Source: Chrysomallon squamiferum (Eukaryota; Animalia; Mollusca). Taken from it: a stretch of 64,000 nt of DNA. Each line of letters begins with the position of its first letter. The first letter of the stretch is position 1. Location of the stretch: assembly GCA_012295275.1 (NCBI GenBank), contig CM022665.1:44206001-44270000 (forward strand), given 5' to 3'. This document shows positions 1 through 31,713 of the stretch, piece after piece. The position numbers and the translations under genes were made by a program. The notes beneath the pieces are model-generated. The model worked only from the letters and a program-made list of their open reading frames with translations. It was not told where the DNA came from and made no database searches.

Positions 1-1
1 G

Positions 2-5589
<5,588 letters not shown>

Positions 5590-5740
5590 CCCCAGACAAA
5601 ATATAAACCACAGATTCTTGTATATTTTACAACAGCTGTTATTTATGTAATATTAACATTCCAAGTAAAACTTTAATATTAATATTAAAATTTAATATTA
5701 AATGTGATGTTGCATTTGTCTGTGTTTATACTCTTATTTT

Positions 5741-5805
<65 letters not shown>

Positions 5806-5996
5806 GCTTTATTTGTCTCATTCTCTCTATCTATCTCTCTTGCTATCGCTCTCTTTCTCCTTCTAACTCTTTCTTTATATTTCTTTGTATCTCTCTCTCA
5901 CTCGGTCTCCAGTTCTATTCCAAACGAACTAAGAAATAAATATCAGCTCTATACATTGAACTTTAGCATCGTTTTTTATATAAATAATCTGAAATG

Positions 5997-6071
<75 letters not shown>

Positions 6072-6439
6072 ATAATGTCTAACACAATTTTTTTAGTCAC
6101 AAAACTAAATGTTAACAAAAAGGCATCTTTGAAGCGTAATTAAAACTGTACGAATTGAAAGTGTAACAGAAGAACCATAACTATTAAATTATATCTAACA
6201 GTCCAGATTAACCAACTGACAGAAAACCAAGTTCATCTTTATCGGAAATTAATCGTCTACAGATTTCATTGTAATAATAAATAATAAAATATGAAATTTA
6301 TTCAAGTCAGGTTTACGCAAAATGAATTAAAATGAAAAAAGAAAAAAAAAAGAAAAATAATGGTTTGACGGTTTCGAATCTTTGCCGATTTCGGATTCTG
6401 AGAAAAGGCTTGTCTTGTTTCTTTAATTAATTTAGTGTG

Positions 6440-6512
<73 letters not shown>

Positions 6513-7260
6513 GTGTGTGTGTAAATTGAAAATGTTCACGTATCTACGGTGATCGTTAGTTATAATTAAATTACTTTTCTGCTGTCTTAGTGCACACATA
6601 AACACACACACACACACACGCACACACACACGTACACACACACTTACACTGAAATAGACAATGACCTATAATTGTACAAGCTGGCTTCAATCCAACAGAA
6701 ACTATCATATGTGTTCAGTAAACACTGGTAGTGTTAACAGTAAAGTTTATTTGTTCAATGTTACTGACTTGGAATACTGCCAGTGAATATTTTTACATAT
6801 TCGTCTGAAAACTGCATATTAGCATCTGAAATAAATTATTAAAATAAAAATTAAAGGAAGAAAGAAAGAAAAATAACAATATTTTCTGATGTTGTAATAC
6901 CAATATATCAGTAAATAATAATAATGATTTGATAATATACTATATTAACTATATAATGTCACATTAACCTTTATATTTTATTATGATTAGTAAATTATAT
7001 CTCATTAAGCATTTTTGAAAACATTATTGTTTGCTTTATTTTAGGTTGTTTTGGGAGAGACTGTTTGTTTTTTGTTGGGATTTTTGTTCGTTGTCGTTGT
7101 TTTAATATGGCTTTTGATAAACACTTTAAAAATGGTGACTTAATCGATTTCTTTTAATTTATTTATTTATTTACTTATTTATTTATTATTAAGGAAATCG
7201 ATTTAAATTTTTTTTTTAACAGATACGGTTATGCTAATAATTATTGTATGTATAAATACG

Positions 7261-7296
<36 letters not shown>

Positions 7297-7519
7297 TACA
7301 TACAAAAATATTTATACACTTTATCAAGCCTGCCAGATAACATATATTCATAATTGTGACTAAAAAAAACAAAAAACAAAATACAAAACAAAAAACTAAA
7401 TAAATAAGATAAAAATAAAAATATCTGTCGTTGTGAAACATATAGAAATTTCATAAATATTATATTTGCATTTTTATTGAAAGAAACACTGAAATATCTA
7501 ACCCTTGTTTTCTGTTTTT

Positions 7520-7553
<34 letters not shown>

Positions 7554-8175
7554 GTTTTTGTTGTTGCTGCTGCTGCTTCTTTTTCTGTTCTGAATGTCTT
7601 TACTTACCTATTAATTTAATAACTTACTTTCTTTATTACTTATTTATTTATTAAGAACTTTAAATATTTAGTTTGTTACTTTAGTATAAGCTGGGGGAGG
7701 GTGTTTTTGTTGTTTGTTGTTGTTCAGTTTATTCCAGACAGAGTAATATTTCTTGTGGGTTGTTGTTGTTGTTGTTGAAAACAAGCATTTAATATATATC
7801 GATGTTCTTGTGGTGGTAGTGGTTATAAGTGGTTTTCAATGTCAACCAGAATTTATTTTTTATTTATTTATTTTAATATTTTTATTTCATATAATGTCGA
7901 TGTATTACTTATCGTTTTATTTTACATTGTCGTATATTCAGTTTTAAATTTAGTCATTACAGTTAACACACTAGTATCGTTTCACTATTATAATTATTAT
8001 ATTCAAATGAAGTTTCATTGGACTGGATTATTCCACGACCATCACACCCCTCACATATTAGGATGGACTGTCCCACTGTCTGACTTCCGCAAGCTCTTCT
8101 CCGTTCATCTTCCCTAAATTTCTCTCCTCTTCTGTTTTTTCTATTCGGAACAGTTCTTTTTCAAACGACGTAAAC

Positions 8176-16306
<8,131 letters not shown>

Positions 16307-16870
16307 TCAGAAATGGGGAAAAAAAAGAACACAAGTGATGAAAGAAATAAAGCAAAAATCTTAAGAAACTGAAAAAAAAAAAAAAAAAAATTGCATATGA
16401 TCATCGAAGCATAGCAGTTTGACATAATGCTGTATTTCTTTAGCATATTATGTTACGAATCCATTGTGTTCTTATTAGGTTTCATCGATATTTTTTTTTT
16501 TTTTTTTTTTTTTGTATTGTTATGTTTTTTTTTTTTTTTTTTTTTTGAATGTGGCGTCAAATCGTTTGTAAAATGTTGTTTATTTGACTCACACCAGCTC
16601 GTGGTAATTGTTAACGCGATTGTGTTTTCTTGTTGCTAAATTTAATAATTTTTACAAATATGGAATTATATATATTTTTTTTTTTTTTTTTTGCTTTGTT
16701 GATTTTTATATACTGCCATATTTTTGTTGTATTTTATTATTCATTGCTACATAGTAATTGTTAATTATTAGAAACAAAAAGTTTTGTACAGATATAAGGT
16801 GTGTGTAAAACTGATGCACATATTAAGGTCAGTGAACAAATGATGTGAAATTATGCAAGTAATTTAATTG

Positions 16871-17302
16871 TCCCAGGAATATTTATGTATGTTAGAAAAT
16901 CCAATATATTCATTAGATTCCAGGAATATTTTTTATGTTAGAAAATCTGATATATTCATTAGATTCCAGGAATATTTGTTTATGTTAGAAAATCTGTTAT
17001 ATTCATTAGATTCCAGAAATATTTGTTTATGTTAGAAAATCCAATATATACATTAGATTCCAGGAATATTTGTTTATGTTAGAAAATCCAATATATTCAT
17101 TAGATTCCAGGAATATTTGTTTATGTTAGAAAATCCAATATTTCATTAGATTCAGGAATATTAGATTGTTAGAAAATTTGTTACATTCATTAGATTCCAG
17201 GAATATTTGTTTATGTTAGAAAATTTGTTACATTCATTAGATTCCAGGAATATTTGTTTATGTTAGAAAATGAGATACATTCACTAGATCCTGGGAATAT
17301 TT
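16871..17302 (+). repeat. 47-bp minisatellite, about 9 copies, downstream of esterase A stop
   Basis: Unit ttccaggaatatttgtttatgttagaaaatccaatatattcattaga repeated head-to-tail with few substitutions. Confidence 0.92.
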
Positions 17303-17909
17303 ACGAATGTGAGAAACTTTTCTTTCATTATTGAAAGCCATCCATTAAATATGAACAAACAAAATCAGGTATTTTCTACAATCCAGCTGCAATTTTTTTT
17401 TTTTTTTTATCTTCTATATTTGACCATTAGCCCTTCCAGTGAATTAGCACCCCTGCATTTTTTTGATGGACCAAACTGGTGTAATTTTGCGACTGATTTT
17501 CATAACTGAGACAGAAAAGATGCACAGACAACTTCAACATGCTTTAGATAAATTTCACCATTTTCGATGTTAGGAATTTTTATTTTCTGCTCCAAGCTTT
17601 TAAACAGTTTCCAAGACTGGTATAGCTAAATTAAGGATGGTGGAAATGCCAGATGTATCATTTAAAACCTAGACTGAATCAGAATACCTCTCACTGAACC
17701 TTGCCATTGAACTTGCCATCTGAATCTTATTCTGATTGCTTCGGGGGTAAATGTTTTATATCTTCCCCATTTTACTTTGTTCTGGTTGTAACTAGTGATT
17801 TTGTTTACAGATAGATTTAGAAAAATAATTAATGGTTACTTAATTTCACATCAAATAAATGAAGACCTTTACAACACTCCAGAACAGATAACACTGACTA
17901 ATTATGAAT

Positions 17910-18045
17910 GGGCTATAATCCAGTGGTAAAGTACACACCTTAAACATGATACAGGATCAATCTTCCACTCTGCTTTCAGTGAGCTCTTTCACATTCCAAC
18001 CAGTGCTCCATGATAAGTATATCAGAGACAGTAGTATAAGTGTAC
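17910..18045 (+). mobile_element. Degenerate tRNA-derived SINE-like relic
   Basis: A-box-like tataatccagtggtaaag and B-box-like aggatcaatc followed by gctctttcacattccaaccagtgctcca, a core also seen at about 10312 (gctgtttttccattccaaacactgctcca) and about 8961 (gactttttcccattccagtcag). Confidence 0.4.
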
Positions 18046-20812
18046 TTAGAAGCATTAGGCAAGGTGTGTAATTAATAACTATAGTAAAACAACAGTTACA
18101 TAATTGACAGGTGTCTTCTCAGTACTTAATTTTTAGAAAATATTTTCATCTAATAACTGTTGATGTTAAATAGATTCAGGTGACTATTCCTTCATTTAGT
18201 GAGTTTTCCTTGGAAGCAAATCATGAAATTGTCTTTTTAAAATATTATATATTTACATTTGAATTCTAATCACCAGAATTTGTCTGTGGTATAATTATTT
18301 TCACAGCATTTCATTCTATTATAATGTAGCTTTTTTACATTTACTGTTGTTAATTTTTAAACTACATTTAATACACACAACCCAAAACTTACTTTAATAT
18401 ATATATATATATATATAATTTTTTTTTTTAAAGTTATTATTACTATACATGTTTACAAATTTTTAATATTAAATTATTAGTCGGCACTTCTGATTTTTTT
18501 TTTTTTTTTTTTTTTTCTAAATTTAACTTTACATTTTTATCAGAAAACTTTCATAATTATTTATGATTGTAAAACATTTCACAGTAACTCAAAATTTTAT
18601 TCCTCTTATCACTTTGCTGTTAGCAAAATTAATCCACTGCCATGATACTGTATTTATCTGATAATTGTTAATTTTTTATTTTTTTTGACAAATCTGCAGT
18701 CTTGTAATCACATGCACATCTTTTACTTAGAGTTATTGTTCTTACTTGACCAAAGTTTGTATCAGATTTAACGTTTTTCAGACTCTTGTTCTTGGGATAA
18801 AAACAAAGGCTTCTGTAATGTAATTATGCCAATTAATTAATAATGTCATGCTTTAGTCCTATTAGGGGGATGGTGATAAGATTCATTTGCAGAGCTGATT
18901 GACTGATATTTGTAAACAGGGATTCTGAATATAGAGTATTCTGCACTGAAATTGTAACAGCATTTTTGGCTGTGTGTGGATTATTAATGTATTGTAGTCT
19001 AAATGGGATATTTTTTATTTTTTTTTGTTATGAGTATTAATCATTGATGTTCAAATTATGATGGAGGATTTGTTTCTGAGTGTTATTATTTAGTAAATGA
19101 TTAAATGGAAGAATAGTCTGGATAATCTGTGGGCTGAGGAAAAAATAATTAATTCATTCTTACCAGACTTGTGAATTTTTTTTCTTCAATTCTTTTATAT
19201 ATTCTTGTATTCTCCGTGCTTCTGCTTTTGTGCTGATGTGGAAACAAGTGATCTTTTTAACAAATTATAAATTGCAAGAAGAATCTTCTTCAGAAAGGAA
19301 GAAAAAAACACCTGATGCTATTTTTTTCTAATGGTTAAAAAGTCTTTGCAGGAGAGGGTGTTATTTACTTGCATATAAATGTTTTAAAATTATATCTTTA
19401 GTGAGATTGTAATTATTATTATTTTTTTTTTTTTTTAAATGAAATGACTGGTTGTTGTTACATGTTCTAAAAGAAAAAATTTCATAAATATATTTCATTT
19501 ACCAGTGCTATGTCCATATAATTTAATATATAATATTGTGTGTGTGGTTGCATTGGTCGCACATAACAGTTTTAACTCTGCATTGCTGTGTCTTTGCTCA
19601 AGTTAAATGTTTTAAAATTATTAGTCTGGGTTTTTGTGCTTTTTCCACATAATTTACACATTTTATCTTAGTTTTATTTACTAATTTTTTTTGGTGCTAA
19701 ACTGAGAAAAGAATTCCAAGAGAATTGAGTTTATAAAAAATGATGAAAGTTATTAGTAACTGTAGTTTTTGCACTCTCTCTACCTTCTTTTCTATATTAT
19801 ATTTTATATATATACTTTTTAATTTCAGAATTTTTCTCTTTATTCTGTCAAATATGTTCTTTTGTCCCTGACTATCCTGTGTTTAGTATCAAATAATTAA
19901 CTCAGTATCCTATGATTACTGTCTATGTACTTCAACAGAACATAGATGAAACATATTTTCCTGATTTTAAAACTCATTTTTATCAAAATTCTGTTACAGT
20001 TCTTTGAGTCCATCCACATTATACTCTTAAGATATAATACTGCTTCTCAGCAATACTCGTAAGACATTTTGAAAAAGAACCAAACTGCCTTTCAAAAATT
20101 CCATAACAAAACCTTAGAAAATATTTACTTAAATTTATCCATCTGTGAGTTCCTCTAGGATACCAGCCATACTTAAGAAACAAGTTAGTTTCAAAAAGCA
20201 CCAAGCTACTTTTCAGATTTCTCAACAAACAGGTAAAACCATACCAGAAAGCAATTAAATTTATTTCAGGGTATTCACCACTGAGCTCCTCTGAGTCACC
20301 AAAAAACCTAGCTCAGATTCAACTGTTTATAATATCCTTCAGGTGTATGTATATAGGCAGCATCTATATTCATAATAATAAGCACTAATCAAGCTATTGT
20401 TTTGTGTTCACTGTCTGCCTGCAGTAAGCTATCAAAGCTGAATATATTTTGTTTTTTATTTAGCTAATCAGATTTATATTTATTATTTTTTTTTTTTTTT
20501 TATTGTTTCTTGCGACTTGTAGTTGAGGACAGAGGTAGAAAAAAAAAAAAAAAAAACAACAACATCAGGACATAATAAAACCGTCAGTATTACCTCCATA
20601 CTTCATCTGAACTGAGATAAAAACAGTGTCTATTTCTGCTCATTATGTGTATCTTTTAGATGCTATCTATAGGCCTCTAATATAATCTGTTTTACATTTT
20701 ACAAACAATGCATTAAATACTTGCATTTAAACTTGTTGTTCTGTTTTTATTTACTTATTTGTTGAAGACGTTGGACAAACAAATATGTTCAACATTTATC
20801 TTTACATCTATT

Positions 20813-20871
<59 letters not shown>

Positions 20872-21339
20872 AGTGGTTGTATAAGCCATTCAAGAGATGA
20901 ACATAAACTTCAGTATCTGAAGTAGATTATTTTAACTTTAACTAAAGGGCTATGGAAACGAAGTCTAATCAGATATCTACAGATCCTGGTAAGAATTTTT
21001 CTACTTGCGGCAGAAGTCTAGGATTTCGGGAAATCGGATGAGTCGCGCAGTGATACGTGGCGTCCGTGTGTTGCAGTCACGTGTACGACGTGAACCGCGC
21101 GGCGTCCTTTGTAGCGCCAGTGCACAGGTCGCAAGGATACCGCAGAATAACGAATGGATTCGGACAGGAACTGTAAATAAACATGGCGGACTCTGTACAA
21201 TGATCTTGAAAATTGTGCAGGTAAGATTTCCTTGGGGTGTAGGTGTCGAACGATTCGAGGGGCCCAAAATCGTATGGTAATTATTTTACACTGGCAGCAT
21301 GTTGCAGACTGTTGTCTTAGTCCCTTCTAGGATCGTGAG

Positions 21340-21600
21340 CAATAATGTACAAGCTCACCTAACTGCTCCAAAACAAAGCCTAAGAACCTGGTTGTGTATA
21401 GGATCTAGCATCTGTAAGCTGAGCCAAACAAAATCAAGCCAATTATCCAGTTTAGCTCTGAGCATTTTGCCAAATCGTTTTAAAATATTAAGGCCCTTTA
21501 TGACCTTCTATTTAGTATGCTGTAGATGAGGTACAAAGGATGGCCTCTTATCAAATATAACCAACAGAAAATTTGGTTTCCTCCACATCAGGATTTGCAC
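21340..21600 (-). mobile_element. Degenerate non-LTR retrotransposon fragment (end of RT / RT-RNase H linker, I-group-like)
   Basis: Minus-strand translation across stops and frameshifts gives VEETKF..VIFDKRPSFVPHLQHTK*KVIKGLNILK...RAKLD...LDPIHNQVLRLCFGAVR, resembling the KFLGVIFD-KLSF-PH / RSKLDYG / LDPIHNQGLRLCLGAFR motifs of RNase H-bearing LINEs. Confidence 0.7.
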
Positions 21601-21979
21601 ATTTATCCTGAAATAATAGGGATGTCTAAATAAATAAATAAAATAAAGTTAAAAAACAAACGTAAAAGTAACTGTTTTGAGGTCCGTGTATAGTTTATCA
21701 TTCATACAAGTATGAAATAAAACTAATCATTAAAAAATTTGATTATTAATAACTTTCGGCTTCAGCAGTTGTTACAAAATAAAATTCGTAACAAAATGTA
21801 ACAAACTGTCAAGTTTGAATTTACCCAGACGATATGTCCATGGACACACCCTTTTTCGTGAAATTTCGGCCAAATCATTCGGGATCAATACATTAATTTG
21901 AAACTTATATCCCGATATAATCTGTAGCTCCTGCAGAAGATAATTTTATTACTGTTGTTGTCGTTGTTATTATTATTGC

Positions 21980-22042
<63 letters not shown>

Positions 22043-22518
22043 TACTACTACTACTGCTACTACTACTACTATTTCTATTCTCGTTTTTTTTTTTTTTTTT
22101 TTTTTACTTTAAATAAAAAAAAAAATAAAAAAATAAAAATCCCTCGTAAAATTGCAGCCATGTAAGATCTCCTTGGTGGCGAGCTCTGGCGACAAATAAG
22201 AACTTTACGTCTGTACCTAAGAGAAGTAACTCTTACACACAAATGTATAATTTACTTTCAGACACAGAGCAATATGGGTAGCAAATAGATACAATTTCTG
22301 CATGATTTTGTCAACTGATTTATTTTATATACGGTTTATCTTACAAAAATTTATTTTTTAGAAATGTATATATAATCGATTTCCTTGATAATATAATTGT
22401 GGTTTGATCTTGCTGGAAAGAATATAAATATTTTTGTTACTGTAACTCTTCATCTATTATTTATATAGGCTGTATATGACTAATTATGTCAAATCGATTT
22501 CTTCTGGAATATCGTTTG

Positions 22519-26130
<3,612 letters not shown>

Positions 26131-28257
26131 TTTCCAGTATAAATGAGAACGACTAGCGTTCGACGGCGTATCGTCGTTTAGCTTAGATTACCGTCTGCAT
26201 TAATCACGCCATTATCAAATAGTCTCGTTTTCACATTTTACTGTTGACGTTTCATCTTGAAGCAGCTTGTGACCCAAATAAAATTTACACCATAGTTGTT
26301 GATTTTGGGTTTTAAATCATTTACTTACTTACTATTTATTTTCTCTCCCCTCCTCCAACCAATATATACGAAAAATAATAAACCCTTATCTACATAAATG
26401 CATCAGTACCGGCCAATATAACAGAATGCAAATAAAAGCTTTATAATAGAGATTTTTATTATTATTGTTGATTACAATTTTACGTCCAGTACAGAACAAA
26501 TGTAAATGAAAATATTTGTTCACATGTGAAAAATCTAACACATTTTGCTTATGAATAATTTAAGAAATATTCTAAAAACATTCAACAAAGAATAAAAAAC
26601 AACTGGAGCTCAGAAGTTAATTACTGATAAATCATTTTGAATTATGAAATTTATGCATTATTCAATTTTAATAATAAATATTTTTCATTTTTAAAATAAA
26701 AATGTTAAAAACAATCAAACCCACCAGTGCTGCAAAACTGAAATGGATTAGGAAACAAAAAAAAAAAAACTGATTTTTAAATTTGTAAGTAATTTATTTT
26801 AATTCCACAAAATTTTAAACAATTTTAAAATGAACAAATCAATGCTGCAAAATAGATAGTTATTACAATAAACTGATGTACAATGAGCATCAAAGAAATA
26901 AAAATTTGCCGATACATTTTATCTACGTGCCACATATTCAACACTAAATAAAAATTTCAACTGTAATGGAATACACACAAATGCAACAAAATATATCTAA
27001 AGAATGAAAATTATAATAATAATGAACAAATAAAATAAATGTTCATTTTCGAAAAAATTACAATGTCAAATTATTTATCCATGATCTGATTATGTGCAAA
27101 ATGTTCCTTTATTAAGTTCTAGTTTCAACCTCAAACGAAAGAAAATAATCACTGTACATTTCACAAACCTCTCACTTAAATAATTCACACATTTCAAAAG
27201 AAAAGATAAAATATATTTATGTTAATTTAAAAAAAAAAAAAATTTATAAAGAAAAATAACAAGAGATTTGTTAATCATATTTTTTCCATCACCTTTATAT
27301 ACTGATTAATGCAACACAAAACAATAATATATCAATTTCAAAATAAAAACCTCAAACGTTTACCAGTAACTGAAAAATTAAGACCGCCAACATCTACAGA
27401 TATGATTTACAATAATTATATTTTAATAATAAAATGACAGTTTAACATACATTTATATACCAAGCATTTATTTAATGGTTAAATCTGCAGCATTTGAACA
27501 GTGAATATTTTCAACAAAAAGTGAACAAAACTAAATAAAAGAAAAAAAGTGTTAACAAAAGAAAATGGACCAGATTTGAAAGTCAAATGCACTGTGATAT
27601 TTTCCCCAGTAACTTGGCTGCAGCAATGGTGAATCATGCTTTTTACTCACAAATGTATCCCACTTCTCAATACACATATTAAAAAAAACAAAAAAAACAT
27701 AAAAAATTTCAAATATCAAAGGACAAGAAATTCTTGTCAACTCTTACAAAAGCCTAAAATTTGAATAAATAAAATGTTAGAAGATGCCAAAACAGATGAA
27801 ATTATTGAAATTATATATATTTTTTTTAATATGACAGATGGTAAATGAAATTATTAGAAAGATAAAAAGAATCTGTTTAACTATTGATAAATTAGTTTTA
27901 ACAACGTAAAACTAGAGAAATGACAAAAGTAACATCCGTGTACACAATGAACTCAACATCAAATGATGCCAAATAAACTATAGAAAAAAAAAAAAAAAAA
28001 AAAAAAAGTTTTAATGCAACATTGTTTTATATCATTTAAAATCTGTGCCCCAAAACACAAAATGTTGTGTGTAGTTTTTCACAAAAAACCCACAAAACAA
28101 TTCTTTAGCAAATTCCATCATGAATCAAATAAAAGTAAACATCAAATTTTGTTTATATTATTTTTCTTTCTTTTCTTTTTTTTTTGTTTTGTTTTATAAT
28201 TAACACATCAACACTAAAGCATTTTGTGAATTTTGTGCTGGTAATCGAGAGCTATTT

Positions 28258-31200
28258 TTAAATGGCATCAATATCAAAGTCGTCATCCTCTTTTTCTACA
28301 GGTTTAGCAACAGGTGTGGTGGTCAGCTGACCAACTTTCTCAGTGTTAGAGTAGACAACCTGAAAATAAATAAAAATAAATAAAAAAAAAACAACAACAA
28401 TAATAATGATGATGAAGATAATGATAATAATGTTAATAGCAATAATAATGATAACCATAAAAATTAATCCATAATGAAAAATTACAGATCACAAGTGAAT
28501 TATTAAATTAAACCACGTGAGGTGTGTAGATTCAGTCCACTAACTGCAGACATTAACAAAACAGAACTACTACTAACATCACCAATAATAATAAAATTTA
28601 AAAAAGGAAATAATTTAAAAATCAAATATTTGTTAATGGAACACTCAGCATACATTCAACTTTACTGAAAGAAAAAGGCCATTAGTTTACTTATACAACC
28701 AAACACGTCATGCCATAAAGAATTACTTTAACTTGCTATTTGACCAAATCACAACACATATAAATATAAATAAACAAATAAACATACAATTACATCTGCA
28801 ATATTTTTTTTTTTTTTTTTTTTTTTAAATTTACTGTATGCATTTTTTTTCCTAAAATAGAATTATTTTAGAAATTTTGGGCCAACTGAATTACTTCAAA
28901 GTTGCTGTTGGAACCAAACAACAGATATAAATTACAAATAAAGACGCTTATTACAAAGTCCCAAATTTACTCTTTACCTTATTTTCTGAAGTAGAAATAC
29001 TTTTTTTTTTTTTAAATAATATTTTTACCTGAACAGTCTCATCCTCATCATCCTCGCTTTCCTCCTCTGCTTCTTTAAGCCAGTTGATGAATGGTGCTGC
29101 TTTATCCTGAATCTCCTGAGCAACTGATTTTGACACGTACTTCTTAGAAGCCTGCCAGAGAATATAAAAATAATAGAAATAAGAAATAAAACATTTTTAA
29201 ATAACAATAAAAAAATAAAAAATAAAAAATTTCCGGAAAAAGAGAACAAATTTCAAAATGAGAAACTTCTATTTTCTAGAACTAGCAGATGCTCATGCAC
29301 AGTAATTTATAATTTACAGTTATTACTGTTTATACTTAATGCATATTGAGCTGTATATTTATACAGTCTATGTCAGATTAACATCCACATTAATATATAT
29401 AGTTGAAATGAATTTTAGTCTAAAACAGAATTCATAAATTCTGCTCAAGACTATTAAAGTATCAAACCCTAATAATTACAAATTTTGTGAAAGCAATTAT
29501 CTAATTTTTAATATCAATAAAATCTGAGTCTTTAAAATTTATCAATAAAACTAATAAATTCCCCATCTATATTCATTATTGTTCAGTCTGCTTTAAAAAA
29601 ATAACAATTTCCACTGACAAAAATGTATCTATCTACTTTTTAATTAAAAATAGGTAAAGAAATTTCTACCGATGGAAACAACAGTCCTTAATGCATTTTA
29701 AAAGTGAAAACAAGAACAGAACTAAATTACCTTCTTCGACCACTCCAGAAGAACCTCCTCCTCAAGGATATCAGCATCATACAAAGCCTTCAGAATGTGC
29801 GGGACTTTGGGCAGCAGGGCTTCCTTGTGGACATTTCCGACGAGCTGCTCAATACCTCCCAGCAGGTATTTCTGAGCTTTCTGATTGTTAATACAAAACT
29901 GAAATGAGAAAAAAAAATATATATATATATATAACAAAAACATAAAACAGATAATCAAATAAGTCAGGATTACAACTATGAAAAACTGAGTAACAGCCAG
30001 CTGATGGTTGAATGTTCTCCATTACTCCAATGCTTCAAAACTGATTAAAATATATATTGACACAAAGGCATTTTTTTTTTTTTTTTTTTTTAAATGTTTT
30101 GCATCTAAAGGTTTTAGAGTGCGTGGTAATTATTATTGCAATGTTTGTGAAAAGATATGTTTTTAAAAACCAGTAATTAAATGCAGCCAACATGAATAAT
30201 GAAAATTGGTTGGGTGAGAAAAAAAAAAAAAAAAAAAAAAAACACTTACCCTCCGAAATAGTTTTTCATGATCTTTAATCTGTTGTAAAATGTTCTTATC
30301 AAACAGAAGTTCCACCAAAACCATTGTAACTTTATCAATGACCTCAAGTCTCTCAGCTTCTTGAAAAATATCTAATCCTTTAAGATCACCAAGTTCGCGT
30401 TTTTGCTGCAAAAGGTGAAATAAATAACACTGACCATGTATGTTAAAACTGGTTACATACCACTAATTCTTATGTTTGCACTATTGAGGACTAATGCCAG
30501 TTATCCTACAAATCCAGTTCAGTACTTTAATGTTCCTCACATCATAACATAGTAATAACCTCAATGATGAATCCATGTGTAATGTTACCTTTTGACATTT
30601 TAGTATTTAAAAGCACAATGAAATAAAGGATAAAATATTTTCTTCTGGAACACAATTCCAATAATGTTCCTATAAATAATCCAGTAAAAATTACAATAGC
30701 TCTATAATCCCTTCATTGTGATATGGCAGCAGAGGGCAGACAAAAAACTGCAATGCCTGTCATGACATGACAATGCTAATAACAAAGAAAAATTTAATAA
30801 AAGAATACTAAACTTGACTAGTATTGAACTACGGAATAAAAAAAACAACAAAACAATTACTTTAATATATTGATACAGCATGTTGACTCTTTCTTCAGAA
30901 CTTTTCTCCAGGTCTTCAGTAAATGCTAAACCCTTAGCAGCAGTGGTGAGCTCCTCCAGACGTTTTTTAACTGCTTCCTCACTGAGATCCTCACCCCAGT
31001 CTTCATCATCATTCTCCTTCATCTGTCAAATACATTATCAATCACACTTCACTGAACACAATCATTAAAATCATCATCTCTAATAAACATTAAGAACATT
31101 TAAAAAAAAAAATAATAATAATAATAATAATAATAATAATCCACTGAAACAAATTCAGAGTTGGTGGAATTAAAGCATAAAATCTCCATCACTCAACCCT

Positions 31201-31678
31201 GCCAGCAAAAACAAAACATACTGAAATCTTAAAATAATAAATATAATTAATGTAACTTTAATGTTGTCATAATTTTTTTTTTTTTTTTTTTTAAAATTTA
31301 TATATATTTAAAAACAAAAATTAAATTACAAGGTACAGACATAGTTAACACTTTAACAAGATTAAACAGACAAATGCTTACCTCTGGCGGAGCTTCGATA
31401 ATTCCTCCAGAAGCCCGCTGAGCTGCCATCTGCTGCTGAGCGTTTGCTTCTGGACTGGCACGATCTTTGTCTGCATCTTCACCATTTACAGAGCCTTTCT
31501 GTTTACGATCCTTCTTCTTGTCCTTCTTACCTTTACTAGGGGTTGTAGATACATCCTGTACACAACACAGAAAACACATGTATAAACATCTTCATAATGA
31601 GAAAGAGCAATCGCAAAAAAAACCCCACTAATACAAATTATAATAATTTAAAGTCAGAATGAATGTCACATGCAATCA

Positions 31679-31713
<35 letters not shown>

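Noticed and set aside
8008-8117. Short ORF MKFHWTGLF... upstream of esterase A
   Set aside because: Transcription start unknown and probably downstream of this ATG; no homology recognised.
21001-21529. ORFs of 60-91 aa over the GC-rich island and LINE relic
   Set aside because: Non-ATG starts or antisense to the decayed LINE; explained by local GC content.
29950-30560. Possible intronic snoRNAs in eIF5 (human EIF5 hosts SNORA28); short inverted repeats at about 29978-30020 and 30485-30540
   Set aside because: Could not identify a two-hairpin H/ACA layout or paired C and D boxes by eye.
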